Source: a virus (Duplodnaviria > Caudoviricetes). Taken from it: 37,978 nucleotides of DNA. Below are positions 35,966 through 37,978 of the stretch, one piece after another. The stretch is from the IMG/VR virus record IMGVR_UViG_3300025018_000291, positions 1-37,978 of that record; one strand, 5' to 3'. The position numbers and the translations under genes are program-made. How positions within the stretch are numbered: the stretch's first letter is position 1; the number at the start of each line of letters is the position of its first letter. The notes beneath the pieces are model-generated. The model did no database searches and had not been told where the DNA came from. It saw only the letters and a list, made by a program, of their open reading frames with translations.

Positions 35966-36249
35966 CTGGCTTCCTCGGCGAGCACCGGGTCGACCTCTAC
36001 GCCCTGGCCGGAGCCCTCAACACCGCCGAGATCGACGGCGGTGTCTTCGTCGGCCTGGACATCGAGAGCTGGCGCAACCGCGCCTTCGAGCTATGCTGGA
36101 CAGCGCATGGTGGCTCCGGCCTCGGGCTTTCCTGGCAGGACGTGCTCGAGCTGGACGCCGCCGACGCCAACTGGCTCTACGAGGCGGTGGACCGGAGGCG
36201 CCACGAGGAGGCGAAGGCGATCAAGGCCGCAGCGAAGTCCGGCCGGTAG
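35908..36249 (+). CDS. -1 frameshift extension of the tail chaperone (gpGT-like)
   Basis: C CCT TTC slippery heptamer 35908-35914; -1 frame open to 36249 with GLSWQDVLEL motif. Confidence 0.6.
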   Translation, partial: PFRRGVLAAEEASVDAGPVAGFLGEHRVDLYALAGALNTAEIDGGVFVGLDIESWRNRAFELCWTAHGGSGLGLSWQDVLELDAADANWLYEAVDRRRHEEAKAIKAAAKSGR

Positions 36250-36291
36250 CGGTAGGATGGGGGTCGGCTCGAACCGACCCGGAGGTCGCGC

Positions 36292-37978
36292 ATGGCGCTC
36301 AACAACATGGGGCTGGGCTTCATCTTCACCGCGCGCGACGCGGCGAGCGCGAAGTTCGGTCGCGTGTCGAGCAGCTTCGGCGCCCTGGACCAGCGGGTCT
36401 CCGCTGGCACCGCCTCCATCAAGGCCAACCTGGGCAAGCTGAAGGTCGCCTTCGGCGCCTTCGTCGTGGGCGCCGCCGCCCTGGGCGCCGCCTTCGCCAT
36501 CGCCAACCCGGCTGGGAAGTTCGATCAGGAGATCGCCAAGGTCGGTGCGATCAGCCGTGCGTCTGCCGCCGACCTCGGGCTGCTGGAGACAGCCGCGCTC
36601 GACGCCGGCCTCGCCACGCAGTTCAGCCCGAAGGAGGCGGCCGAGGGGCTCGGCAACCTCGCAGCCCAGGGGTACAACGCCCAGGAGTCGATGGCCGCGC
36701 TGATCCCCTCGCTGGACCTCGCCGCCGGCGGGCAGATCAGCGTCGCGGAGGCGACGGCATCGACCGCCGCCGCGCTCAAGATCTTCGGCCTCGAGGTGGA
36801 TCAGGCGGGCATCACCACCGACAAGCTCCTGCGGATCTCGAACGTCACCGCCCTGCAGGCCAAGGACCTCTCGCTGGCCCTGGGCACCGTGGCCCGCGGC
36901 GCCGGCGCCGCGAAGCAGAGCATCGACGAGATGCTGCCGGCCGTCGGCCTCGTGAAGAACACCGGCGTCGACGCCTCCGTGGCCGCGAGCAGCGTCTCGA
37001 GCGCGCTGCTGTTCATGGCCAAGAACGCCGACAAGTTCAAGCAGGTGGGCGTCAACGTCGCCGACGCGAACGGCAAGTTCCGCCCCTTCATGGACATCGT
37101 CCTCGAGACCGATGCGGCGCTCGCCGGGCTGACCGACACCAAGCGCGTGGCGAAGATGACCGAGCTGTTCGGTCGCTTCGGCCTGACCGCCCAGAACGCG
37201 ATCGCCGGGCAGCTCGCCAAGGGCGTCCGCAACGCCAAGGGCGAACTGCTTCAGGGCGCCGCCGCGGTGGACTTCCTGCGGAAGTCGATGGCCAACGCGG
37301 GCGGGGCCGCCGGCGAGTTCCGCGACAAGCTGCTCAACAACTTCGAGGGGCAGAAGACGCTGCTCAAGGGGTCGATGCAGACGCTCGCCATCACCATCGG
37401 GCAGCCGCTGGCCCAGGTCCTCAAGCCGATCGTCTCCGGGCTCGTCACCATCATCAACGGGCTGATCAAGCTGATCCGCGCCATCCCGGGTCCGATCAAG
37501 CGGTTCGCCGCCGGCCTCTTCGTGGCGGTCGCCGGCATCCTAGCCGCCGTCGCCGGCGGGATGGTCCTCAAGATGGTGTTCGGCTTCGTGGTGGTCGCGG
37601 TCAAGGCAGCCATCGCCGCCTTCATGGCGCTGCTCGCCGCCGCGTGGCCCGTGATCCTCGTGATCGGGCTCGTGGTCGGTGCGGTGCTCGCGCTGCGCTG
37701 GGCGATCCAGGACAACCTGGGAGGGATCGGCGACGCCTTCCAGCGCATGTGGAAGCGCACCAAGCTCGCCTGGGAGGCGGTCAGCCAGCTCATCCGAGAC
37801 GGCGCCTTCTCGGGCGCGGTGCTCGAGGAGCTGAACAAGGTCGAGAACGCCGGAGTCAAGGGCTTCGCGAAGTCGATCTTCGGCATCTTCTACCGGCTCA
37901 AGAGGTTCGTCGAGGGCCTCGCCGGCGCCTTCAACGAGACACTCGGGCCGGCGATCGATGGCATCTCCAGCGCCTTCA
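36292..37978 (+). CDS. tail tape measure protein (TP901 type), runs off the window
   Basis: MALNNMGLGFIFTARD, TQFSPKEAAEGL, open to the end; GGAGG RBS (absent from ORF track because no stop). Confidence 0.9.
   Translation, partial: MALNNMGLGFIFTARDAASAKFGRVSSSFGALDQRVSAGTASIKANLGKLKVAFGAFVVGAAALGAAFAIANPAGKFDQEIAKVGAISRASAADLGLLETAALDAGLATQFSPKEAAEGLGNLAAQGYNAQESMAALIPSLDLAAGGQISVAEATASTAAALKIFGLEVDQAGITTDKLLRISNVTALQAKDLSLALGTVARGAGAAKQSIDEMLPAVGLVKNTGVDASVAASSVSSALLFMAKNADKFKQVGVNVADANGKFRPFMDIVLETDAALAGLTDTKRVAKMTELFGRFGLTAQNAIAGQLAKGVRNAKGELLQGAAAVDFLRKSMANAGGAAGEFRDKLLNNFEGQKTLLKGSMQTLAITIGQPLAQVLKPIVSGLVTIINGLIKLIRAIPGPIKRFAAGLFVAVAGILAAVAGGMVLKMVFGFVVVAVKAAIAAFMALLAAAWPVILVIGLVVGAVLALRWAIQDNLGGIGDAFQRMWKRTKLAWEAVSQLIRDGAFSGAVLEELNKVENAGVKGFAKSIFGIFYRLKRFVEGLAGAFNETLGPAIDGISSAF

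Noticed and set aside
1-37978. Frequent CTCGAG/GATC/TCGA words as a methylation-target signal
   Set aside because: Explainable by preferred codons (CTC GAG, ATC GAC); needs a codon-controlled count that could not be run
1-37978. tRNA or rRNA genes
   Set aside because: No cloverleaf or rRNA-like segment recognised in the short intergenic gaps

Overview
A GC-rich (~70% by eye) tailed-phage or prophage segment of a contractile-tailed (myovirus-type) virus; codon style and gene families suggest a Myxococcota-like host (inference). Left half (1-19.8 kb): small accessory/early genes, including two Dam-family DNA methyltransferases (one with permuted motifs, one frameshifted), DUF5131, ASCH, HExxH peptidases, an amidase endolysin, an HD hydrolase, a DnaQ-type exonuclease, DUF2303, several winged-helix proteins, an RHH regulator and a catalytic-domain-only tyrosine recombinase. 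At least nine promoters there share one 21-bp palindrome (T[G/A]CCGGAC-N5-GTCCGG[T/C]A) filling the -35/-10 spacer; four of them form two back-to-back cassettes of identical geometry. Right half (19.8-38 kb): morphogenesis genes with a Mu-gp28-like terminase and a PBSX/skin-like head (portal, MuF, XkdF protease, XkdG capsid, YqbF), then neck, sheath, tube, a chaperone with a -1 frameshift site, and tape measure. The standout is a 627-aa head-module polyprotein joining a DNA adenine methyltransferase, a 2H phosphoesterase (Acb1-like fold) and the prohead protease. It has candidate Lys cleavage sites at domain borders and is flanked by two scaffold-like proteins sharing a C-terminal WPxD[IL]N motif, which suggests a virion-packaged anti-restriction plus anti-nucleotide-signalling payload. 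Several single-base lesions may be sequencing errors or prophage decay. All calls come from motif recognition by eye; no searches were run.
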